A DNA stretch of 64,000 bases. Origin: Thermodesulfobacteriota bacterium. Its GTDB lineage: Bacteria; Desulfobacterota; Desulfobacteria; Desulfobacterales; JAUWMJ01. The notes below the pieces were generated by a model. That model was given only the letters and a program-made list of their open reading frames with translations. It ran no database searches and had not been told where the DNA came from. Below, in pieces: positions 16,901-26,166 of the stretch; positions within the stretch are counted from its first letter, which is position 1; each line of letters begins with the position of its first letter. The DNA is taken from assembly GCA_034189135.1 (NCBI GenBank), contig JAXHVO010000026.1:64900-128899 (forward strand), read 5' to 3'. Both the position numbers and the translations under genes were made by a program.

Positions 16901-17497
16901 GAACAGAGCATAGTCAACCGAATATTTGATCCCTATTTTACCACCAAGAAAGAAGGCAAGGGAACGGGTTTGGGCCTTGCCGTGGTTCATGGGATTGTTA
17001 AAAGTCATAACGGACATATTGATGTTAACAGCAAGCCTGGTGAGGGAGCACTATTTCATGTTTATCTACCTTCAATAAAAACCGAGGAGGTAAGTCAGAA
17101 AGAGGAAACCGATATACCCGTTCAAAAAGGGAATGAGCGAATTCTACTGATTGATGACCAGGATATGATTGTTCAGATGGAAATGCAAATGCTTGAGCGG
17201 TTGGGGTATCATGTGACAACTCGTACCAGCAGCACTGATGCCTTGGAGGCATTCAGGGCCAACCCCCAGGTGTTTGATCTGGTCATTACCGATTTGACCA
17301 TGCCGAATATGACCGGAGATAAACTGGCAGGTGAGTTGATAAAAATTCGACCTGAAATTCCGATTATTCTGTGCACCGGATTCAGCGAAATGATGTCCAA
17401 AGAAAAAGCGGAGTCTATAGGGATAAAGGGATTTCTGATGAAACCGGTGGTGATGAAAGATCTTTCCCATGTCATTCGTCAAGCACTGGATAAGTAG
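13907..17497 (+). CDS. Hybrid sensor histidine kinase, class 2 paralog: Cache-like periplasmic domain - TM - 4 PAS - HisKA - HATPase - REC
   Basis: The C-terminal roughly 400 aa are highly similar to 7322-10237 ([25 protein letters not shown] ... [13 protein letters not shown]). The N-terminus has TM - about 270-aa extracytoplasmic domain - TM. Confidence 0.9.
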   Translation: [1196 protein letters not shown]

Positions 17498-17644
17498 CGG
17501 CTCAGGTATAAACAGCTTCAGCCTGGATATATGGGCAGCTTAAAAAAATTAATCAGCGAACGTCGAATTAAGGAAGAAAGTGCTGATGAAATCTTCAGAA
17601 AAGAAACCACGGGACCCTTGAAATTCTTATACCCTCTTTTCCAT

Positions 17645-18181
17645 CTAAATTCTACAAGGACCAATATTTTTTAACAGACCGCCACTTTGTAAAATACACC
17701 ATTTTCTGGGTAAATTAAAAAAGAGCGACTGCAAACCTAAAATAAAATATATGAGGTCCCGTACAAATAAGCCCAAAACCGAATATCCATATCCCCGTTC
17801 ACCAAATGAAAAACAGCCGCAGTCGAAGTTATAACCCCGTATCAAATTGATAAGCAAAGCCACCATAAAAACCGACAGCATTGTCTGTAAAATAAGCATG
17901 GCGGATCGAGGGTATATTCCCAGTATCAGGGCAATACCGGATGAAAGTTCCAGGTAGGGTAAAATAATGGCGGTCAGATTTATGATACATTCAGGGAAAA
18001 GATAATACCCGTAAATGATTTTTGCAAAATGGGCAGGCGCAACGATTTTGTGATAGCTGGCATATATAAATGTAATACCAATCAGCCATCGAATAAGTAA
18101 TTCCATCCAGTGGCTGTAAAATAGTATTTTTAGGTTATGGTTCAACCGGATAGCCTCTTTTTTTCCATTCTTGGTAGCCAT
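17645..18181 (-). CDS. MauE/DoxX family membrane protein
   Basis: Four TM helices. IGITFIYASYHKIVAPAHFAKII and a YNFDCGCFSF motif are typical of MauE-like proteins. The true start may be the internal MELLIRW (18106). Confidence 0.65.
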   Translation of the reverse strand: MATKNGKKEAIRLNHNLKILFYSHWMELLIRWLIGITFIYASYHKIVAPAHFAKIIYGYYLFPECIINLTAIILPYLELSSGIALILGIYPRSAMLILQTMLSVFMVALLINLIRGYNFDCGCFSFGERGYGYSVLGLFVRDLIYFILGLQSLFFNLPRKWCILQSGGLLKNIGPCRI

Positions 18182-18635
18182 CTATAAAAACGTTTACATT
18201 TTCATATCCCTCTTCCATAAGATATTGAGCCAGTTCATGGCTGTCATTGCACTCTCTTCCGGAACAGTAGACAATGACGGGTGTAGTAGAGGGGTATTTT
18301 GTTTTAAAGTGATCGATAAACTCAAAAAACTGATTTGCCGGAATCGATACCGCATTTTTAATATGACCATTAATAAACACTTCAAAACTTCGGGCATCGA
18401 CAAAAACAGCTTTTCCCGCGTCATAAATTTTTTTGGCTGTATTTGCATCGTTTATTTGCAAAAAATCGCCGGAAACAGGATCGTTTTTTGGTTTTGCAGT
18501 AATCACTCCCTGAGATGTATCCCACTGCCCAAACAGAGCGATGCCGTTGGGGGAAAAATAATTAACGGTAAATGCAGCAATAACCGTAACACTTAGAATG
18601 ATGATAAGTTCTTTGGCAATGTCTTTATATGGCAT
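18135..18635 (-). CDS. Membrane-anchored rhodanese-domain sulfurtransferase
   Basis: N-terminal TM, then VFVDARSFEVFINGHIKNAVSIP...VIVYCSGRECNDSHELA, the active-site CxGxxC loop region of rhodanese. Confidence 0.8.
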   Translation of the reverse strand: MPYKDIAKELIIILSVTVIAAFTVNYFSPNGIALFGQWDTSQGVITAKPKNDPVSGDFLQINDANTAKKIYDAGKAVFVDARSFEVFINGHIKNAVSIPANQFFEFIDHFKTKYPSTTPVIVYCSGRECNDSHELAQYLMEEGYENVNVFIDGYQEWKKRGYPVEP

Positions 18636-18893
18636 AGCAATACATTCTCAATTAGGCGGAGTTGACGGTTCAATAAATACATTGCCTTATCCATCATTGC
18701 TAATAAATTGTCAATATGACATGCATTTTAATATTCACAAGATGACCATACTTTGATATGAATGGTTAAAAATATGGAGAGTGTTCGCAAAGCGTTGAAA
18801 TCGGAAATTTTATCTTCAACCCGTAAATCCGTTTCATCTCTCCCGAATTTCTAATTTTTATTTCAAGTTTAAAGTCGTTAACGGTTGCACCAA

Positions 18894-19823
18894 ATGATTA
18901 TTAATAAAACAGGTCCAATCATTGAAAATTTTTACTCTATCGGACATGCGGCCATACCGGTTTATGTTATGGACGGGGTTCATCCCCTCATTTTTGACGC
19001 AGGATTTACTTTTTTAGGTGAAATATATGCGGGAGAGATTAAAAAAATTCTTGGCAATAGACAACCCGAGTATCTTTTTTTAACCCATGCCCATTTTGAC
19101 CATTGTGGATCTGTATCCATCCTTAAAAAGCATTTTCCGTTAATGAAAGTCATTGCATCCCAAAAAGCAAAAGAGATCCTTGGCCGTCCCCATGCAATCA
19201 AATTAATAAGAACATTGAATCAGGCTTCAAAGGAAATGGCCGGGGAGATGGAAATAGACTTTGCTTCATCTGTGATGTTTCAGCCGTTTGAGATAGACCA
19301 AACCGTTAAGGATGGTGATATTGTTGAAATTTCAAACGGGTTGAATATTCGGGTGATAGAGACGCCAGGTCATACTTCAGACTGTCTGAGTTATTATATA
19401 CGGGAAAAAAGGATCTTAATGTCATCTGAAGCCGCAGGACAGCCGGATCGAACCGGATATATCGTTTCAGATTGTCTTCTTGATTATGATCAGTATTTCA
19501 ACTCGTTAAAAGGGCTTGCTTCAATAGATATTGAAATATTATGCCCCGGCCACCTTTTTGTATATACCGGTGATGATGCTAAAAAATATCTGAAAGAGTC
19601 AATGCAGGAGTGTGAACGGTTTCGACAACGGGTAGAGCTTTGCCTGGTTGAAGAGGGCGGAGATCTTGATAGGGTAAAGATGCGGATTAAAGAAATCGAA
19701 TACGACAATAACGACGGACCCAAGCAGCCGGAGCCCGCCTATTTGCTTAATCTGGAGGCCCGAATCAAAGCGGTGGCGAAAAAAATGAATAAAACTTGCA
19801 ACAGGGAAGGGTCTGTTTTATAA
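18894..19823 (+). CDS. MBL-fold metallo-hydrolase
   Basis: LFLTHAHFDHCGS is the HxHxDH motif, followed by ETPGHTSD. About 309 aa. Confidence 0.8.
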   Translation: MIINKTGPIIENFYSIGHAAIPVYVMDGVHPLIFDAGFTFLGEIYAGEIKKILGNRQPEYLFLTHAHFDHCGSVSILKKHFPLMKVIASQKAKEILGRPHAIKLIRTLNQASKEMAGEMEIDFASSVMFQPFEIDQTVKDGDIVEISNGLNIRVIETPGHTSDCLSYYIREKRILMSSEAAGQPDRTGYIVSDCLLDYDQYFNSLKGLASIDIEILCPGHLFVYTGDDAKKYLKESMQECERFRQRVELCLVEEGGDLDRVKMRIKEIEYDNNDGPKQPEPAYLLNLEARIKAVAKKMNKTCNREGSVL

Positions 19824-19831
19824 GTTACACG

Positions 19832-20752
19832 ATGGCAACAAAACCTGATTTAACCACAGACATTGGAGGGATAGAGCTTAAAAATCCTGTAATGACGGCA
19901 TCCGGTACATTCGGCTATGCCGCGGAGTTTGAGGCGCTGGTTGATTTAAACCGGCTGGGTGGTATTATTGTGAAGGGGTTGTCACTTGAACCTTCGATGG
20001 GAAACAAGCCACCCAGAATTGTGGAAACCGCCTGTGGGATGCTAAATGCCATCGGTCTTGAAAATGTGGGGATTGAAGCATTTGTAAAGGAAAAGCTACC
20101 CTATTTAAAAAAGCTCACCACACCGGTTTTTACCAATATTTACGGAGAAAATATCGGCGACTATGCACGCCTTGCCGCACGCATAGATGAGCTATATGAA
20201 ATTGCCGGTATTGAGGTCAATATTTCGTGTCCCAATGTAAAGGCCGGGGGAATCGCTTTTGGAGTGGTTCCGGAAACTGCGGCAGAGGTGGTCGGTGCTG
20301 TCAGAAAAAATACTTCCAAGCCACTTATCGTCAAACTGTCTCCCAATGTGACGGACATAACCCAAATAGCCAAAGCCGTTGAAGGTGCCGGCGCAGATTC
20401 TCTGTCACTGGTAAACACAATTACCGGTATGTCCATTGACATTGAGACCCGAAGGTCAAAACTTGCAAATATTACCGGGGGACTTTCCGGTCCGGCAATC
20501 AAGCCTGTTGCATTGCGCATGGTATGGCAGGTGGTTCAGGGTGTAAAAATTCCTGTGATTGGAGTGGGTGGTATCGCATGTGCTGAAGATGCACTTGAAT
20601 TTTTGATTGCTGGCGCTGTCGCTGTACAAGTCGGCACAGCAAATTTTGTAAATCCACATGCGACCGTTGATATAATAGAAGGCATAGAAGGGTTTCTCAT
20701 AGAAAGAAAAATTAAATCTATAAAAGATATTATCGGGACTATAGAGACCTGA
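19832..20752 (+). CDS. pyrD: Dihydroorotate dehydrogenase, class 1B catalytic subunit
   Basis: LKNPVMTASGTFGY...NAIGLENVG...NISCPNVK...SLVNT...GGLSGPAIKPVALR...IGVGGI are canonical PyrD class 1 motifs. Confidence 0.9.
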   Translation: MATKPDLTTDIGGIELKNPVMTASGTFGYAAEFEALVDLNRLGGIIVKGLSLEPSMGNKPPRIVETACGMLNAIGLENVGIEAFVKEKLPYLKKLTTPVFTNIYGENIGDYARLAARIDELYEIAGIEVNISCPNVKAGGIAFGVVPETAAEVVGAVRKNTSKPLIVKLSPNVTDITQIAKAVEGAGADSLSLVNTITGMSIDIETRRSKLANITGGLSGPAIKPVALRMVWQVVQGVKIPVIGVGGIACAEDALEFLIAGAVAVQVGTANFVNPHATVDIIEGIEGFLIERKIKSIKDIIGTIET

Positions 20753-20946
20753 TCGATTTACCATGGAAACTAAGTGAAAAGCTGGGAGGCAGGAGGCTAT
20801 GAGGTTGGGAAGTGATTAACCGGTCAGGCCGGTCATCCTGGCTTGACAGGTTTCCCACATATGTATTTTTACTGACTGGTGGGTGTTAATTTTTAAGTTC
20901 CGGCTTGTTCCAATGAATTTGGGACATTTTCGGGTAAGGGGGATGA

Positions 20947-21477
20947 ATGAAAAAGATGGTTTTACTATGGGTGGCTTCTATGTTTTTGCTGGGGACACCT
21001 GTATTCGCAGGTGAACTTGAAGTGGGACAGAAGGCGTCTGACTGGTCGTTTAAAGACAGTGATAAAAAAGATTTCACCATGGAGTCATGGGCCGGAAAGG
21101 TTCTTATGATAAACTATGTTGATCCGGATGAGTCGGATTTGAATGAGCCTTTCACTGATGCCATGAAAAAGGCAAAAGACGATGGGCGTTTGACCGATGC
21201 AGGTTATAAAGGGATGGGGATTGCAGATTGCGCGGCCACCTGGAAGCCTGATTTTGCCATCCGGCTCATTGCCGGGAAAAAGGCGAAAAAGTATAAAACA
21301 GTTATCCTTTTCGACTACGATGCTGTCTTACGCGAAGCCTGGGGACTTAAAAAAGATACTTCCAATATAATCATCCTTGACAAAAACAGGGTGTGTCGGG
21401 CACTTGTGCGCGGAAAAGTTCCTGATGATCAGGTGGAAAAGCTGATTCAGCTATGTGTTGATTTGCAAAGCAAGTAA
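20947..21477 (+). CDS. Secreted thioredoxin-fold protein, YtfJ-like (no CxxC)
   Basis: Signal peptide MKKMVLLWVASMFLLGTPVFAG. WAGKVLMINYVDPDESDLNEPFTDAMKKAK resembles the YtfJ/HI0045 family, from memory only. Confidence 0.45.
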   Translation: MKKMVLLWVASMFLLGTPVFAGELEVGQKASDWSFKDSDKKDFTMESWAGKVLMINYVDPDESDLNEPFTDAMKKAKDDGRLTDAGYKGMGIADCAATWKPDFAIRLIAGKKAKKYKTVILFDYDAVLREAWGLKKDTSNIIILDKNRVCRALVRGKVPDDQVEKLIQLCVDLQSK

Positions 21478-21635
21478 AGAGACTTCGAGCTAAAGAATAC
21501 TTTTAGCCGATTTTAAAAACCACGTCCTTCAGCGCTTAAGGGGATTTTTAATGAACGCAGTCTATGATAATCGACTTTACCTGGGCAAAATTTAAAGTGA
21601 GCCTGAAGAGCAAAAAGTCTCTTTTATAGTGGTTG

Positions 21636-21672
21636 TTAAAAAAAAACGTTCCGTTATCGAAACGTTTTTTTT
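21636..21672. terminator. Bidirectional intrinsic terminator
   Basis: A-run, then AACGTTcCG ttat CGaAACGTT, then T-run, between convergent genes. Confidence 0.55.
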
Positions 21673-21728
21673 ACAACCGCTTATACCGCAATTCCATATT
21701 TCGGAACATATTTATGGCAAGCGGTATA

Positions 21729-21830
21729 AACATCGAACGTTGAACATCGAATGATGAAATCGATTCGTTCCATCGGTTTTTAAATGGGTATAATACCTTA
21801 TTCAAAATTCGACGTTGGGTGTTCGATGTT
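21729..21830. repeat. Imperfect long inverted repeat / ACATCGAA motif cluster just downstream of leuA
   Basis: AACATCGAAC (21729-21738) pairs with GTTCGATGTT (21821-21830). The arms match at 19 of 24 positions. The 9-mer AACATCGAA also recurs directly at 21742-21750. Confidence 0.6.
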
Positions 21831-21849
21831 GAATGTTTGTTTATTTGCT

Positions 21850-23382
21850 TCAAATCGCTACCACCACCGGGTTGGCTTTAAGATATTCCAGCCTGTTCAG
21901 TCCGTTGACGTAAGCCTTGGCGCTGGCGGTGATAATGTCCGGGTCTGCCCCCTTACCGAGTGCGACCAGACCATTTTCTCTCAGACGTACCGTCACTTCG
22001 CCTTGAGCATCCGTTCCACCGGTCAGGGCACTTACGGAAAATCGTAAAAGTTCTGATTCCGTGCCTGTAAGTTTGGCAATCGCATTAAAAGCACTGTCAA
22101 TAGGGCCGTTTCCGTAATCGGCACCCTTAACCGACCTTCCGCTTATGTTGAGCTTTACACTGGCCATGGGAAGAACGGTTGTTCCACTGGTCACATGGAG
22201 GTATTCAAGACGGAAGATATCTTTGGTACGCAAGATTCCTTCCGTTACAATCACTTCCAGGTCTTCATCCACCACATGCTTCTTCTTGTCAGCCAGCTCT
22301 TTAAATTTCTTAAAAACCAGTTTTAATTCCTCATCGGAAAGGTCATACCCCAACTCTTTTAAACGAGAGCGTAAGGCATGTCTTCCGGAATGTTTTCCCA
22401 GCACAAGCGTATTTGTGTTTAGCCCGATTGTTTCCGGCCTCATAATTTCGTATGTCATGGGATTTTTTAGCACCCCGTCCTGGTGAATTCCGGATTCGTG
22501 CGCAAAAGCGTTTGCGCCTACAATCGCTTTATTCGGTTGAACAATGATCCCGGTAATCATACTGACAAGCCTGCTGGTGGGATAGATCAGGTTTGTTTGA
22601 ATTCCTGTTGATAGGGGGAGGAAATTTGGCCTGGTGTGAAGCGCCATGATCACTTCTTCCAGAGAGGTGTTCCCCGCCCTTTCTCCTATTCCGTTTATGG
22701 TTACCTCAGCCTGTCTTGCACCGGCGTTAACTGCGGCCAGAGTATTTGCGGTGGCAAGGCCAAGATCGTTATGGCAATGAATACTCAATATCGCTTGGTG
22801 GATATTGGGAGTGTGGGTCATGACGTATTTTACCAGTTCTGAAAATTCTTCAGGGATTGCATATCCCACTGTATCCGGCAGGTTGACTGTTGTTGCCCCG
22901 GCTGCTATTGCCGCTTCGAAAACCTTGCACAGAAAATCCCGGTCGCTCCGGGACCCGTCTTCGGCGGAAAATTCCACGTTATCGGTAAGCGACCGGGCAT
23001 ATTTGACCGATTCCACTGCAGTCTTTACTAGCTCATCCCGTGTCATTTTAAGCTTGTAGTCCATATGGATGTCGGAAGTGGCGATAAAGGTGTGTATTCT
23101 TGGTTTTGCTGCATGGTTAATAGCTTCCCAGGCACAGTCGATATCTTCTTTTGATGTCCGTGCAAGGGCGGTAACCTCGGTCTTTTCAAGTTTTTGCGCT
23201 ATCTGTGAAACCGCATCAAGATCTCCCTGTGAGGCCGCCGGAAAACCGGCTTCAAGAATATCCACCCCAAGTTTTTCCAATTGAACTGCAAGTCGCAATT
23301 TTTCAGCCGTATTCATGCTTGCACCCGGAGACTGTTCGCCGTCTCTTAAAGTGGTGTCAAAAATGTATACTCGATCTTTCAT
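21850..23382 (-). CDS. leuA: 2-isopropylmalate synthase
   Basis: MKDRVYIFDTTLRDGEQSPGASM...HCHNDLGLATANTLAAV. 510 aa with a C-terminal LeuA dimerisation/regulatory domain. Confidence 0.9.
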   Translation of the reverse strand: MKDRVYIFDTTLRDGEQSPGASMNTAEKLRLAVQLEKLGVDILEAGFPAASQGDLDAVSQIAQKLEKTEVTALARTSKEDIDCAWEAINHAAKPRIHTFIATSDIHMDYKLKMTRDELVKTAVESVKYARSLTDNVEFSAEDGSRSDRDFLCKVFEAAIAAGATTVNLPDTVGYAIPEEFSELVKYVMTHTPNIHQAILSIHCHNDLGLATANTLAAVNAGARQAEVTINGIGERAGNTSLEEVIMALHTRPNFLPLSTGIQTNLIYPTSRLVSMITGIIVQPNKAIVGANAFAHESGIHQDGVLKNPMTYEIMRPETIGLNTNTLVLGKHSGRHALRSRLKELGYDLSDEELKLVFKKFKELADKKKHVVDEDLEVIVTEGILRTKDIFRLEYLHVTSGTTVLPMASVKLNISGRSVKGADYGNGPIDSAFNAIAKLTGTESELLRFSVSALTGGTDAQGEVTVRLRENGLVALGKGADPDIITASAKAYVNGLNRLEYLKANPVVVAI

Positions 23383-23429
23383 GGTTTTTCTCCTTTTTTA
23401 AATAAATTATTCTATAGTTTATAAGCCCC

Positions 23430-25022
23430 TTATTTTGACAATTTATATTGAAAACTATCTGCCAGGGCCTGCCAGCTTGCTTCTATGACATCAGAGGAGA
23501 CGCCTATGGTACTCCAGATGTCATCCTGATCGCGCGACTCTATAAAAACGCGTACCTTTGCGGCGGTTCCGTCACGTCCGTCAATCACTCTTACTTTGAA
23601 ATCGACCAGGCGCATGGCATCAATATCCGGAAAAAATTTATCGAGAGCCTTTCGCAAGGCATTGTCCAACGCGCTGACAGGGCCGTTGCCTTCTGCAGCC
23701 GTTATCTCTTGAAATCCATCCACAGCTATCTTAATGGTTGCATAGGATGAACAGGGTCGATTTTTATCCTTTTCAATCGTTACCCTGAACGATTCCAGTT
23801 CAAACAGTGGTTTAAACTGTTCAGTAAACTTTTCCACCAGAATTTTAAAAGAACCGTCGGCCACATCAAACTGGTACCCCTCCTGTTCCATATTTTTTAT
23901 TTTAGATACGATTTTATTGCTGTCATGCCCGTTTCCACCCAGCTTAATTCCAAGCTCTTTGGCTTTGTATTCCACGTTGCTTCTGCCTGAAAGATCGGAG
24001 ATAAGCACCCGTCTCATGTTTCCCACAAGCTGAGGATCTATATGTTCATATGCCTTGGGCACTTTCGTAATCGCACTTACATGAATACCCCCCTTATGGG
24101 CAAAAGCGCTTTTACCGACAAATGGCCGGCTGTTTAAAGGAATCATATTGGCGGTTTCACTGACAAACCTGGAGAGTTTTCTTATTTTTTCAAGATTTTC
24201 CATGGAAACACAAGGCAGATTCATTTTTAAACTGAGAATGGGAATGATTGAGGTGAGGTCGGCATTTCCGCATCTTTCTCCATAACCATTGATGGTGCCC
24301 TGTACCATTACAGCTCCGGCCTTTATTGCAGTGATGGAATTTGCCACAGCCAGCCCGCTGTCGTTATGGGTATGAATTCCGATTTTAACCGGAAAAGCAC
24401 TTGCTGTGCCGGCGTATTTTTCATTTAGAGAATTTTTTACATGGTTAGTCACAGATTCAATATCAAAGGGGAGGGTGCCGCCATTGGTATCACAGAGCAC
24501 AATGACATCCGCACCGGAGTCAATAGCGGAAAACAGGGTTCGCATGGCATAATCCTTATCATCCTTGAACCCGTCGAAGAAGTGCTCTGCGTCGTAAATG
24601 ACTTCTTTATTATTTGCTTTGAGGTACTCAACGGAATCACCTATCATTGCAAGATTTTCTTCCAGGGAGTTGTCCATGATCTTTTTAACATGAAGTCCCC
24701 AGCTTTTTCCGAATATGGTAACAGCAGGCGTGCTGCTTTCAAGGAGTGCAGCGATATTATGATCTTTTTTCACATCAATGCCTGGTTTGCGCGTTGAACC
24801 AAACGCAGTTAGTCTGGCATTTTTAAATACGGTGTCTTTGGCAAGGTCAAAAAACTTCTTGTCCCTTGGGTTGGAATCCGGCCAGCCGCCCTCGATATAA
24901 TGCATCCCTGCATCATCAAGTCTTTTTGCAACCTTGATTTTCTCTTCAGCAGTGAAACTGACATTTTCACCTTGGGTTCCGTCTCTTAGGGTGGTATCAT
25001 ATAGCATGATAGGGTCCATCAC
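23430..25022 (-). CDS. cimA: (R)-citramalate synthase (LeuA-family type 2)
   Basis: MLYDTTLRDGTQGENVSFTAEEKIKVAKRLDDAGMHYIEGGWPDSNPRD...HTHNDSGLAVANS. The length (530 aa) and N-terminus match CimA-type enzymes. Confidence 0.8.
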   Translation of the reverse strand: MMDPIMLYDTTLRDGTQGENVSFTAEEKIKVAKRLDDAGMHYIEGGWPDSNPRDKKFFDLAKDTVFKNARLTAFGSTRKPGIDVKKDHNIAALLESSTPAVTIFGKSWGLHVKKIMDNSLEENLAMIGDSVEYLKANNKEVIYDAEHFFDGFKDDKDYAMRTLFSAIDSGADVIVLCDTNGGTLPFDIESVTNHVKNSLNEKYAGTASAFPVKIGIHTHNDSGLAVANSITAIKAGAVMVQGTINGYGERCGNADLTSIIPILSLKMNLPCVSMENLEKIRKLSRFVSETANMIPLNSRPFVGKSAFAHKGGIHVSAITKVPKAYEHIDPQLVGNMRRVLISDLSGRSNVEYKAKELGIKLGGNGHDSNKIVSKIKNMEQEGYQFDVADGSFKILVEKFTEQFKPLFELESFRVTIEKDKNRPCSSYATIKIAVDGFQEITAAEGNGPVSALDNALRKALDKFFPDIDAMRLVDFKVRVIDGRDGTAAKVRVFIESRDQDDIWSTIGVSSDVIEASWQALADSFQYKLSK

Positions 25023-25048
25023 TTTTTCTCCCTTGAATAAATGAATCC

Positions 25049-26098
25049 TTACTTTCTGTTTTCAGGTCTTAAAGAACGTACCGTCGCACCTGTTTTCCAC
25101 ATTTCTGAATTCTTTATTTCATCCAGTTCTTTTTGCAACTTTTCTCTGTAATCAGGCGCACTGTTTGCTTCAAGAACCCGTTTGGTCTCTTTCCCTGATA
25201 CAACATTTTGATACAGCATATCAAAGACCGGAGCCACGGCATCCCTGAATTTTGGCGCCCAGTCAAGGGCGCCCCTTTGCGCGGTGGTGCTGCAGTTTGC
25301 AAACATCCAGTCCATGCCGTTTTGCGCCACGAGTCTGATAAGACTCTGAGTCAGTTCTTCAACTGTTTCGTTAAAGGCCTCACTGGGACTGTGACCGTTT
25401 TTTCGTAAAACCTTATACTGGGCTTCCATAACTCCTGCCAGGCAGCCCATCAGAACACCACGCTCGCCGGTAAGGTCGCTGTATACTTCATTTTCAAAAG
25501 TCGTGGAGAAAAGATAACCGGAACCGATAGCAATTCCCAGGGCAATTGTTCTTTGTTTAGCTTTCCCTGTAAAGTCCTGATGCACCGCAAAACTGGAATT
25601 GATTCCACTGCCGTCTAAAAAGTTTGTGCGCACCGTTCGTCCGGAACCTTTGGGCGCAACCAGTATCACGTCAATATTTTCCGGAGGGATCACATTCGTC
25701 TGATCTTTATATACAATGGAAAAACCATGGGAAAAGTAAAGGGCATCTCCTTCATTGAGACATTTTTTAATCTCCGGCCATGTTGCAACCTGGCCTGCAT
25801 CTGAAAGGAGAAATTGAATAACCGTTCCTTTTTGCGCTGCTTCTACAAGTGGATAAAGTGTTTTGCCGGGAATGAATCCATCTGCGACGGCCCTGTCCCA
25901 TGAATCGCTTCCTTCTCTTTGACCGACAATGACGTTGACACCGTTGTCTTTCATATTTAAAGCCTGTCCCGGTCCCTGAACACCGTAACCGAGCACCGCA
26001 ACAGTTTCATCCTTTAAAAGTTGCTTTGCTTGCCGAATAGAAAATTCATCAGCTGTAACCACCTCTTCCAAAACACCGGCGAAATTAATTTGTGTCAT
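25049..26098 (-). CDS. ilvC: Ketol-acid reductoisomerase
   Basis: VAVLGYGVQGPGQALNMKDNGVNVIVG provides the NADP-binding GxGxxG. Class I length (349 aa). Confidence 0.9.
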   Translation of the reverse strand: MTQINFAGVLEEVVTADEFSIRQAKQLLKDETVAVLGYGVQGPGQALNMKDNGVNVIVGQREGSDSWDRAVADGFIPGKTLYPLVEAAQKGTVIQFLLSDAGQVATWPEIKKCLNEGDALYFSHGFSIVYKDQTNVIPPENIDVILVAPKGSGRTVRTNFLDGSGINSSFAVHQDFTGKAKQRTIALGIAIGSGYLFSTTFENEVYSDLTGERGVLMGCLAGVMEAQYKVLRKNGHSPSEAFNETVEELTQSLIRLVAQNGMDWMFANCSTTAQRGALDWAPKFRDAVAPVFDMLYQNVVSGKETKRVLEANSAPDYREKLQKELDEIKNSEMWKTGATVRSLRPENRK

Positions 26099-26166
26099 GT
26101 TAGGCCCCTTTTTGTTTATTGATTAGTAAATTGGTGTATTTATCCTTTGAAAACTAATTTAATCGT

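Noticed and set aside
17645-18635. The 47-nt overlap between the rhodanese and MauE ORFs, considered as a possible fused or recoded gene.
   Set aside because: The two ORFs are in different frames. An internal Met (MELLIRW, 18106), just before the first TM helix of the MauE protein, removes the overlap. This is an ordinary start-site ambiguity.
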